Assembly: GCA_002269645.1 (NCBI GenBank)
Contig: NIVC01001528.1
Coordinates: forward strand, 1 to 64,000
Direction of reading: 5' to 3'
DNA length: 64,000 bases
Source of the DNA: Macrostomum lignano
Lineage: Eukaryota
Positions 36,780 through 47,227 of this stretch are shown here, in pieces; positions within the stretch are counted from its first letter, which is position 1; the number at the start of each line of letters is the position of its first letter. Below the pieces are notes generated by a model that searched no databases, had not been told where the DNA came from, and saw only the letters and a list, made by a program, of their open reading frames with translations. The translations under genes and the position numbers were made by a program.

Positions 36780-38600
36780 TAAGTTTTTATTTGTCAATAA
36801 CCATGGAGAGTGCACGCGCACTAACAGCCAGACAGCTCAGAAATCAAGGCGCTCACACGGCTTTAGGGTGAGCTCAACGGGAACCAGACTGCTGCCTCCC
36901 TACTTCAAGGTGAGCTCACAGCTTTTCCTGCTGTTGTGCACGAGGCCTTTTTATCTTGCGCAGGTGTAGAGGGCGGTCAGTCGGCCAGAAAGCGCAGCCG
37001 GGCCTACCTGATCCGAGAATTTGTCAAGCCCAACGCCAACCAGTCAACCAAGAGCCTGACCGCCTGGATGGAGAACGGAAACTTGGTGATCAAAAAGCAG
37101 CCGCCAAGCCTAAGCAAAATTTACACTCACCAATGGATCTCTGGCAATGCTCAAATCCTACAACGCCTGAACTGACGACGGCTCGCTCATCTACTTGAGT
37201 GACGACGGATCTGTGAGCACCAGCAAGCTGAGAGGCTACCTGCTGTACTCCCAGAAGATTGGAGAACTCTTGGACGCCAACTACAGCCCAAACTGTGTGT
37301 GCGAGTTTGATGAAGACTAAAGGAAGCTGATGGCCAAGTCGGACTGCAAACCCCCGCAGCTGTACCACCGCCACCTGAACGCTCCACGCAATCTGAAGGT
37401 CACTTTGAACCGACTCGGTATTTTGCAGCCGCAGGCGCCTATCTGCCTGAGCTTCAACTCACCAGCCGGCTCTCAACGGTCCAGCTGCCGGTGCCGGCAC
37501 GCCTGCAAGCTGCCTGGCTGAGGCAAGCCGCATCCCGTCCAACTGCATCATCAGAGCAGCGATGCGGTGGAGGGGTCAAAGAACTAGATTTACTTTATAG
37601 CCACCATGCTTTTATCTCCCAACCGCTCTCATCCCATTGTTTGCATCCCCGATCGCCCCTGCTTGTCATTCCGCCCCGCTTCCAGTCCTTCCGGCTCTTC
37701 GGTCAACGACAGCTATGAGCAGGAGCGGAGTCTGAGGTTCTCCTTCGTGCAGGATCTGCTCCGTCACATCCGGCCCGGCTCGTTTATCAGCAAGGTCGAT
37801 CTGAAGCAGGCCTACCGCTCTGTCGGCATTCACCCGGACGATCAGGCGCTGACGGGTCTCAGCTGGCGTTTCGCGGCTGGCACCGAATCCTCGGTGTTCA
37901 TCGACACCCGGCTGCCATTCGGTGCCCGGGCCTCTTGCGAGATCTTTCACCGCCATTCATCGCCACATGCATAGGCAAGGATACCAAGTTTTTGTCAACC
38001 TGGACGACTGGGTGGTTGCCGGCGACTCGCAGGAAGAAGCTGAATGCACTTACAACTACCTGGTGCAACTCCTGCAAGACCTGGGCTTCACCATCAACTG
38101 GAGCAAGTCCACGGCTGAGCACAGCGGATGGTCTTCCTTGGCGTCCAAATCGACACAATTGACGACGCACTGTCGCTGCCCATGGACAAGGCCGCCAGCA
38201 CCAGGGATTTGCTGAAGGACTGCCTCTCCCGCAACATCGTCAAGCTCAAGCAGCTGGAGAGGCTGGCCGGGAAGCTGTGCTAGTTGGGCCTGATCAACAA
38301 GCTGCTGCGTCTGTTTTGACCTCATCAGCGACAGTCGAGATCTCCGGCTGCCTCAAGAAGGTCACAGTCTGCTGCAATGGTGGCTTCAGGCAGTGGACTC
38401 TGCCACCTACACCGCTTCACCCGCGCTTCCATCAGTTGGTGGCCATCGAGTCCGACAGCAGCTCCGAAGGCCTTCCAGGGCGGTCTCTCTGTGGCCGACA
38501 TCTGCTGCATTGATGACTGGCGCAGTGGCTCCGTCGTCTCCTATTTCTCGGACGATGCAGACTTTGCCGCAGACGCTCTGCTGTCACCTCATTGAAGCCT
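36780..38600 (+). mobile_element. Degenerate DIRS-superfamily (Ngaro-like) retrotransposon: gag-like and RT/RNaseH fragments
   Basis: RT pieces FISKVDLKQAYRSVGIHPDDQALTGLSW...FIDTRLPFGARASCEIF and VNLDDWVV...LLQDLGFTINWSKS. Upstream gag-like pieces (WISGNAQILQRL, YLLYSQKIGELL). Multiple stops and frameshifts; no YR ORF seen. Confidence 0.75.
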
Positions 38601-39222
38601 GCACTAGTCAAATCCTTAGTCAAGCCATGGCTCAAAGCTCAGCGTTATAGAATACGTTCTTGATTTCATGATTTCCGTTTATGTTTTGGGGACAATTTAC
38701 TGTAAATGCTTCGTTATGAAACACCTGTCAAAAATAATCAGCCGTTAATCTGACATTGACGCATTAAATCTCAAGCAATCGACTACTATTGAGTAGCGAG
38801 ATAGGAATGACAACTACACCGTTAAAAATGCGTTGAAAATTTAAAAGCCAGCATTCTGGACCGGGTCTAATGTTTCTTTCTCGAGTTCTCGAATTTTGAA
38901 CTCGTGCATTGCTCGTTGGCAATATACCAGCGTAGGACCAGCCAATGATACCGCATGCATTCAGCGTAGACTTTCTCGTTGCTCTCTGAGCGCTACTCCT
39001 CTTTCTGGCTCGGCTTCTGTTGCTATGCGGTCTTGTGCCTTTTAAAATGAGCAGCTCTTCATCCCTGAGATTCCAGATTTCAATCGACTTGGGCTGCTCT
39101 GAGCTGCCATTGTGCTTGGGGGCTCGGGTCCAGGCTTGTTCATTGTGGTCTTATTATCATGTTTGTCACGTCGCACAGTGAAGTTGTTTGACGTGACTTA
39201 AGACCGGTTTGTTCTCTATGCC

Positions 39223-39710
39223 AACAATGCAATGCAAGCAGCACCAGAAATGCAATGCAAGCAGCACCTGCAATTCAATGCAAACAGCACCCACAATGCA
39301 ATGCAAGCAGCACCTGCAATTCAATGCAAACAGCACCCACAATGCAATGCAAGCAGCACCTGCAATTCAATGCAAACAGCACCCACAATGCAATGCAAGC
39401 AGCACCTGCAATGCAATGCAAGCAGCACCCACAATGCAATGCAAGCAGCACCTGCAATTCAATGCAAACAGCACCCACAATGCAATGCAAGCAGCACCTG
39501 CAATGCAATGCAAGCAGCACCCACAATGCAATGCAAGCAGCACCTGCAAGTCAATGCAAGCAGCACCTGCAAGTCAATGCAAGCAGCACCTGCAATTCAA
39601 TGCAAGCAGCACCTGCAATGCAATGCAAGCAGCACCCACAATGCAATGCAAGCAGCACCTGCAATGCAATGCAAGCAGCACCTGCAATGCAATGCACACA
39701 GCTACAATGC
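39223..39710. repeat. 23-bp minisatellite (caatgcaatgcaagcagcacc-tg/ca), ~21 copies
   Basis: Tandem array of alternating variants. Confidence 0.93.
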
Positions 39711-40610
39711 AGCTCTGTGAAAATCCCGCCATCATCACCTGAGCGAGTCTCCTTTATGAGACGCGTGGCACCTGCTCTCCAGGCAATGCCAGGAGAGCTC
39801 TGAGCTGAACAGTTTGAGCTTTGAGTCGCTGATGAGAGACAATTTCAAGAATTCTGAGACACGCAGAGTTAGGAGCCTGTGGCAGCTTCATCTTCCATCA
39901 GAGCTACCAAAGATGGGAAAGCCGCATGACTTACATCTTCTGCTTGCTCATTAAAATTCTCAACAAGCTGGTGCTTGCAGGCTAAGCATCCTACAACGAT
40001 TCAGCTGGGGGGGGGGATTAGAGACGGAACGGATGCATCGATCGATATTCGCTTTCAGTTCAACAGCAGTCTTGTGCCACGCACCAGTGCCAGCGCTTTC
40101 AATGCTTCTGCTGCTTGGCTGATGTGGAGTTTGAAGCGTTGCTTTTCTGCTGTGCATGGCAGGCTTTCCCGCCTGAGCAGCTCTGCTTATCTGTCTCAGC
40201 TTTGTCTTAATCCTTGGCAGCAGAATGGAACAAAACTTCTTGCTCTTGCCCCGCTGTACTTCTTGACTCGGCTTCTGTGGCCTCGGTCGTTTCCGCTTGA
40301 CTCCCGATTCGTACCCTGGGGTTTGGAAATTGCATCGGTATTTTGCAACGATAATACATCAAAGACCACCAGGAACACTTTGTAGTCTAGAAGTCTTTGC
40401 AACAAATTTTTAGTTTGGGAAGCAGGCGTACATTTAGCTAGTTTTAGTGGCTCTGTGCTATCTAACTTTCTCGGTGCTACTGCTTTGTTTTTTGCTACAT
40501 TTTCACTTGTTTTCTTTTACCCGATATCGTGTCTGTCGGCATTCTGACTACATGTATGTATACTATGTACTGTGCATGTTTCATGTGACCATCAGGTTGA
40601 ATTGGATGTT

Positions 40611-41810
40611 TCAGGTAGGTTCAGGTAGGTTCAGTTAGGTTCAGGTAGGTTCAGATAGGTTCAGGTAGGTTCAGGTAGGTTCAGGTAGGTTCAGGTAGGT
40701 TCAGGTAGGTTCAGGTAGGTTCAGATAGGTTCAAGTAGGTTTAGGTAGGTTAAGGTAGGTTCAGGTAGGTTCAGGTAGGTTCAGGTAGGTTCAGGTAGGT
40801 TCAGGTAGGTTCAGGTAGGTTCAGATGGGTTCAGATAGGTTCGGTAGGTTTAGGTAGGTTCAGGTAGGTTCAGGTAGGTTCAGGTAGGTTCAAGTAGGTT
40901 CAAGTAGGTTTAGATGGGTTCAGATAGGTTCGGGTAGGTTTAGGTAGGTTCAGGTAGGTTCAGGTAGGTTCAGGTAGGTTTAGATGGGTTCAGATAGGTT
41001 CGGGTAGGTTTAGGTAGGTTCAGGTAGGTTCAAGTAGGTTCAGGTAGGTTCAGGTAGGTTCAGGTAGGTTCAGGTAGGTTCAGGTAGGTTCAGGTAGGTT
41101 CAGGTAGGTTCAGGTAGGTTCAGGTAGGTTCAGGTAAGTTCAGGTAGGTTCAGGTAGGTTCAGGTAGGTTCAGGTAGGTTCAAGTAGGTTTAGATGGGTT
41201 CAGATATGTTCAGGTAGGTTCAGGTAGGTTCAGGTAGGTTCAGGTAGGTTCAGGTAGGTTCAGGTAGGTTCAAGTAGGTTTAGATGGGTTCAGATAGGTT
41301 CAGATAGGTTCAGGTAGGTTCAGATAGGTTCAGATAGGTTCAGATAGGTTCAGGTAGGTTTAAGTAGGTTCAGGTAGGTTCAAGTAGGTTCAGGTAGGTT
41401 CAGGTAGGTTCAGGTAAGTTCAGGTAGGTTCAGGTAGGTTCAGGTAGGTTCAGGTAGGTTCAGGTAGGTTCAGGTAGGTTCAGGTAGGTTCAGGTAGGTT
41501 CAGGTAGGTTCAAGTAGGTTTAGATGGGTTCAGATAGGTTCAGATAGGTTCAGGTAGGTTCAGAAAGGTTCAGATAGGTTCAGATAGGTTCAGGTAGGTT
41601 CAGATAGGTTCAGATAGGTTCAGATAGGTTCAGATAGGTTCAGATAGGTTCAGATAGGTTCAGATAGGTTCAGATAGGTTCAGGTAGGTTCAGATAGGTT
41701 CAGGTAGGTTCAAGTAGGTTCAGATGGGTTCAGATAGGTTCAGATAGGTTCAGATAGGTTCAGTTAGGTTCAGATAGGTTCAGGTAGGTTCAGATAGGTT
41801 CAGTTAGGTA
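40611..41810. repeat. 10-bp satellite (ttcaggtagg), ~120 copies
   Basis: Tandem array with cagat/caagt/tagat variants. Confidence 0.97.
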
Positions 41811-42421
41811 GTTTTGCCGTCGAGATTTACGAGCGTTGCAATTTAGCATGCTATAGCATCTAAAGCATTGCCTGGGCCGGCTCTGAGCCACGGTGAGTAA
41901 CGGCCTATCGCTCGAGAAATCACAAGACAAATCGCAAAGCTGTGCAAGGCAAAGGAAGATTGTTACAGCTGCATGTACTAGCTAATAACAAACAGATAAT
42001 CCAGCAATTTTTATCAATAGAGATTAAGGACTTTCTGGGAGGATTCAGAAACCGAAGATACCGGCAGCGGCTTTCGCTTGTAGCTTGCAGTGTTAATCAA
42101 GCGAGACAATGCGAGCTTCCTTTTATAATTGTTGTCTCTGTGCCGCTCCGTCAAGATGGACAACGGCAAGTTGAGCTGGTTTTGGTTTGCTGGTGACGAT
42201 GCCAGCCTGCCTCAGAAGAATTATTTTCACCAAGTATCGCAAGTCGCTGCAACCAATGAAATTTCATCTGCGTCGCATACATTCACGCCATTGTTTCTTG
42301 TGGCAAATCGTGCATATACATGTAGGCCACATTTGCCTCAGAGGTATCTTGGCTTGCCTGCAAATCTAGTCAAAGGGTGTCCAGCAGCCTTCAGTCTGGC
42401 TGTAACCGCCGGTGCGCCAGC

Positions 42422-43176
42422 ATGCAGCACTCCGTGCACCTGATTGTCCTCCTATCCGTGCCTCTGGCCCTGCTGTTCCTGGTGGCGATGAGCCAGCCAA
42501 GTGTGCTGCATCACGGATACATCGGCTGCTTTGTTGACAGCAGCAGCAACAGAGATTTGAAAGGCCTGACTGGGTTGAAGACCATTGGTCCTTTCACTGA
42601 TAAGATAGAGTTCGCCTACTTTTTCAATGGATACACCGTCACCATCGAGAGCTGCAGCAGCCTCTGCGCCCTGGGCAGATTTCGCTACTTCGGTCTGCAG
42701 GCGCAAGGCTTCTGCTTCTGCGGCAACAGCTACGGACTGCATGGAGCCGCTTCATCAGATTCTGAGTGTAACAAAAACTGCTATGGAAACAGCAGCCAGA
42801 TTTGCGGCGGCTTCGATAGAAACTCCATTTATGAGAACATCTATGCGCCCGGTAAGAAAAGTTTCCTGGTCATTTAGCTGACGATTCCTGCATCTGCATT
42901 TATCTGCATTTGTGCTGCTGCTCAGAGACCGGCCTCTTCAAGCGCGTGGCCTCAACCAAGTCGATGCTCACCACCGCGGCCGGACAGCCAGAGAACAGCA
43001 CCTACTGGAGCCAGGAGGCCACGGTGGCCTTCGAGTGCCTCGCCGCCTGCCACCGCAGCCCGGACTGCCTCGCCTGCGCCTTCGTGCAGTCCAGCCGGAT
43101 GTGCCACCTCATGAGATTCGCCGCTGTGCCCGGCGAGGTCGCCAGCGAGGCCCAGTGGGTCTGGGTGAAGCCGTGA
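42422..43176 (+). CDS. Secreted WSC + PAN/apple-like protein, copy 4, 226 aa; join(42422..42851,42926..43176)
   Basis: Close paralogue of copy 1; 74-bp phase-1 intron; reading frame intact. Confidence 0.9.
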
Positions 43177-43570
43177 GCCTGTCTGACGACTGATAGTCTA
43201 CCGTGAATAAACAAGCATTAACAGTTACCAGCCCAGAACACGAACCTACAAAAGCTTGTTTGTATAAGTGAACGAGGTTTTGAGACAGGAAAAATTGAAG
43301 CATCAAAAAGAACAGAACCTTTGCGGTCCCAGTTTACCACTGTAAGAACAAAATATTATAATAAATTCGACTATTGAGCTATTTATCGCATTGCATAAAA
43401 GAAAATCGCATTTTATTGTTAGTTACTTTTTCATCCATTTTAGTATCTAAGTAGATATTGATCATGGAAAATTCATTGATGTTGATCAATCAATTTAGTG
43501 TTCAATATTCCTGAATTTGCTAGTGTATAGTCGCCCCCAGCGGCAGCTCTGAGCGGTAGAAACCCACATG

Positions 43571-43735
43571 ATGTAGCCTAGTGGTTGGAGCGGCGGACTC
43601 ACAACTGAAAGATTGGGGGGGGGGTTCAATTTCGACCTACTCTGGCGACCCCCCAGTCCTTGGACTGAACATCCCTGCGCAGCCTTCAGATGCGCCGCGC
43701 AATTGCTGCGGCTGAGCTTTCGGTTGCACATCTGG
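43571..43735 (+). mobile_element. SINE family B, internally deleted copy
   Basis: tgtagcctagtggttggagcggcggactc head, then ggcgacc...cagtccttggactgaac...gcagccttcagatgcgccgcgcaa shared with the reverse complement of 27000-27110. Confidence 0.7.
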
Positions 43736-43958
43736 CCATTACGGTCGGTGCAAGAAAAACATATTGATATGAGTTGCCATCTAGATCTCAAATGTCCGCA
43801 GAATCTGCTAACTGGCATCATCTATGATAGACATCACGTGTTTTAGGCTTAGCGACCTTGCTCCCCATCAATCTTCCAACCAGCATTATTGTCATCGCCA
43901 GGGTCAACAGGTGCTCATCATGTGATTCCATTCCTGGGCAAATCAGCTGCCGCATGCT

Positions 43959-44388
43959 GCATGCCTGGGTGAACTCGAACTTGAGTCTGTCAGCTGACAT
44001 GCATGCCTGGGTGAGCTCGAACTTGAGTCTGTCAGCTGACATGCATGCCTGGGTGAGCTCGAAATTGAGTCTGTCAGCTGACATGCATGCCTGGGTGAAC
44101 TCGAACTTGAGTCTGTCAGCTGACATGCATGCCTGGGTGAACTCGAACTTGAGTCTGTCAGCTGACATGCATGCCTGGGTGAACTCGAACTTGAGTCTGT
44201 CAGCTGACATGCATGCCTGGGTGAACTCGAACTTGAGTCTGTCAGCTGACATGCATGCCTGGGTGAACTCGAACTTGAGTCTGTCAGCTGACATGCATGC
44301 CTGGGTGAACTCGAACTTGAGTCTGTCAGCTGACATGCATGCCTGGGTGAACTCGAACTTGAGTCTGTCAGCTGACATGCATGCCTGG
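43959..44388. repeat. 42-bp minisatellite (gcatgcctgggtgaactcgaacttgagtctgtcagctgacat), ~10 copies
   Basis: Near-perfect head-to-tail array with no spacers. Confidence 0.95.
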
Positions 44389-45157
44389 TAAGACAAGTTT
44401 AGAAAGCGTAGAAAAAGCAGGAAAGAAGCTGAAAAGCAGCAATGCTTTTGTTTCAATAGACCATCTTCGTTGCTGATGAGAATCTGCTGCCTTTATTGCT
44501 CCAGCCCTTACTTCTAAATTCACGATTTAGAAGATTTAGGAGACTTGTTGCTGAGAGTTGTGGGGAACACTGTGCTTCCCAGTGACTGAAGCGAGCGATT
44601 CCCTGCGGCGTTGGGAACGTTCTGACAGTCTTGCGACTCTCCGCGGCTTCTCTCAGTCAGTCCTTAGGACTCTTAGCTGTAGTCAGGAAAAAGAAAAAAA
44701 CATTTTTTCTATTATTGACGCCAGTGAATCAACTTTATTCTTCTTCTACAGTAAAGAATACATTTAAAAAACTTAGTAGCTACTTTCAGTAGCAAAATAA
44801 GAGTCAGACGGGGTAGAAACTTTTATTGGTGCAATTTTTGTACTTACAGCATAGTTCACGAAGTGTAACAACCTGCTGTACAGGGGAGATTCTGCTGCAC
44901 AGTTTTGGGGTCATCGTGTGGTTGATGCACACAAATTATGTGCAGAGTGCAATTGTGTCTGAATCTGTTTGAATCAAGCATGCTTTTTACAATCAGTGTT
45001 GAATCAGTTCAGTTACAGTAGTCAACTAAGAACAGGTAAAGAACGCATTTACAAACTACTTTAAGTGCTTAAGTGCTAATTAATTAAGCGCTTTCTTAAC
45101 AGATTTTACAGCTAAGTTGCAAATGTTAAAATTCTGCTGTTGAACTCTTTGTTATAG

Positions 45158-45511
45158 TTAGAGGCAAGGGGCCGTGTGCACCCTGGCGCACTTTAAGCGA
45201 CATAGGCACACAACCGACGAGAGGCATTACTGCCCATTCCGCCGACTCCCCTGAGCAGGCATACAAGCGTGCGGATACGCCCAGGCACACACTCACACAG
45301 GAGTGTACAGCGGCCCTAACTTTATATTATCGTTAGGCATGTACACTTCACTGCGCCTTGGGGGGTTGGCCCTCAAGGCCGTTAATTGCACGAGCAGAGC
45401 CAAGCCGAGATTCCAACTTGGCCCAAGATGAATGTGACTGCACTTGGAATCGAGCCTGGTCCGCTGGCACGCGAGAGCGGCCGTGATAGACCACTTAGGC
45501 TACGGTCCCCC
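45158..45511 (-). mobile_element. tRNA-derived SINE, family A, copy 4
   Basis: Head gggggaccgtagcctaagtggtctatcacggccgctctcgcgtgccagcggaccaggctcgattcc; A box TAGCCTAAGTGG. Resembles tRNA-Glu(CTC) by eye. Confidence 0.8.
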
Positions 45512-46387
45512 GCTTTCTGAACTCGCTTTAGATTTGGTACGAGCGTAATTTCATGCTTTGTTTCTCTGAAAGAATTCCCACCCCCCCCCCTATTGACTCA
45601 AGACCGTGACGGATTTGAGCCGTGTGGTGCTTCATCCATCAGGCATCCAGAAAAAATCCGATCAATGATGCACGCCATTCGCTTTCTCTGAAAAAAACGC
45701 TCGACTCCCTACCCAGCTTAAAAGAACAATGCCTGGTCACGTGTTCATTTTGCAAGGAGACGAATTGTTTTCCAGCTCTGCAAATCTTCTGAGCAGCTCA
45801 CGCTCATCCTTTTTAATTCACGCTGAGAGGCCGTGAGAGATGTTTTTCACGCTATGTGGAGCAGGTTGGATCTGGTAAACACTGGGAAACTTTCTTGGGA
45901 AAATGGGATCGAAACAGTTGATTCGTGACTGGGAGACGGGGGGGATCTGCCACGTGACGAAATAGGAACTGCCAAACTGGGTAGAACGTTTTCACCTTGC
46001 ATTGAACGACGCTGTAAAGAAACTTTCAATTATACTTCAAGCATTCACTACAACGAAAGCTCTACTACTCTCAGGCAGGTTCGGTGACACAGGCTTAATT
46101 GATGCTCTGCTCACAAGATAGAAGCCCGAGGGACAGAGTTTCTTGCCCCAAAAAGTTTGTGTAAACTCGGCATCGATCATTGCCTTTCCTCTTCTTTTTT
46201 CTGATCCAACTTTTTTAAAGCCGCGTTTTGTTGACACACGTTGCCGTGACAGCAGCGGCAACAGAGTGAGACTGGGGCTCATGATCTAACAAATAGTCTC
46301 ATGGGCCAATGAGACTCGAGTCTTCTAAAGTTGCAAGAGAATATATGGGGGGACTTCACGATCACGGACTGAAGGCTTGAATTCATT

Positions 46388-47227
46388 AGCTATTGCACTC
46401 GATTGGTGCCTTAGCTGCAGGCATTTGCACTCCATTGGTGCCTAAGCTACAGGCTATTGCACTCGATTGGTGTCTAAGCTGCAGGCTATTGCACTCCATT
46501 GGTGTCTAAGCTGCAGACTATTGCACTCCATTGGTGCCTAAGCTACAGGCTATTGCACTCGATTGGTGTCTAAGCTGCAGGCTATTGCACTCCATTGGTG
46601 TCTAAGCTGCAGACTATTGCACTCGATTGGTGTCTAAGCTACAGACTATTGCACTCCATTGGTGTCTAAGCTACAGACTATTGCACTCCATTGGTGTCTA
46701 AGCTGCAGACTATTGCACTCCATTGGTGTCTAAGCTGCAGACTATTGCACTCCATTGGTGTCTAAGCTACAGACTATTGCACTCCATTGGTGTCTAAGCT
46801 GCAGACTATTGCACTCCATTGGTGTCTAAGCTGCAGACTATTGCACTCCATTGGTGTCTAAGCTGCAGACTATTGCACTCCATTGGTGTCTAAGCTGCAG
46901 ACTATTGCACTCCATTGGTGTCTAAGCTGCAGACTATTGCACTCCATTGGTGTCTAAGCTGCAGACTATTGCACTCCATTGGTGTCTAAGCTGCAGACTA
47001 TTGCACTCCATTGGTGTCTAAGCTGCAGACTATTGCACTCCATTGGTGTCTAAGCTGCAGACTATTGCACTCCATTGGTGCCTAAGCTGCAGACTATTGC
47101 ACTCCATTGGTGCCTAAGCTGCAGACTATTGCACTCCATTGGTGTCTAAGCTGCAGACTATTGCACTCCATTGGTGCCTAAGCTGCAGGCAGGCTATTGC
47201 AATCCATTGGTGCCTAAGCTGCAGGCT
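46388..47227. repeat. 32-bp minisatellite (ctattgcactccattggtgtctaagctgcaga), ~26 copies, abutting the copy-5 start codon
   Basis: Period 32 (actatt at 46741 and 46805); the last unit runs into gcaggctATG. Confidence 0.95.

Noticed and set aside
39209-39803. Cys/Gln-rich repeat ORFs (MQCKQH), and Cys-rich ORFs at 62121-63065
   Set aside because: Products of 23-bp and 30-bp arrays; the paralogous locus for the 23-bp array has only a non-coding seed.
43959-44388. CRISPR-like palindromic repeat (also the 30-bp and 32-bp arrays)
   Set aside because: Units are head-to-tail with no unique spacers; eukaryotic context with no cas genes.
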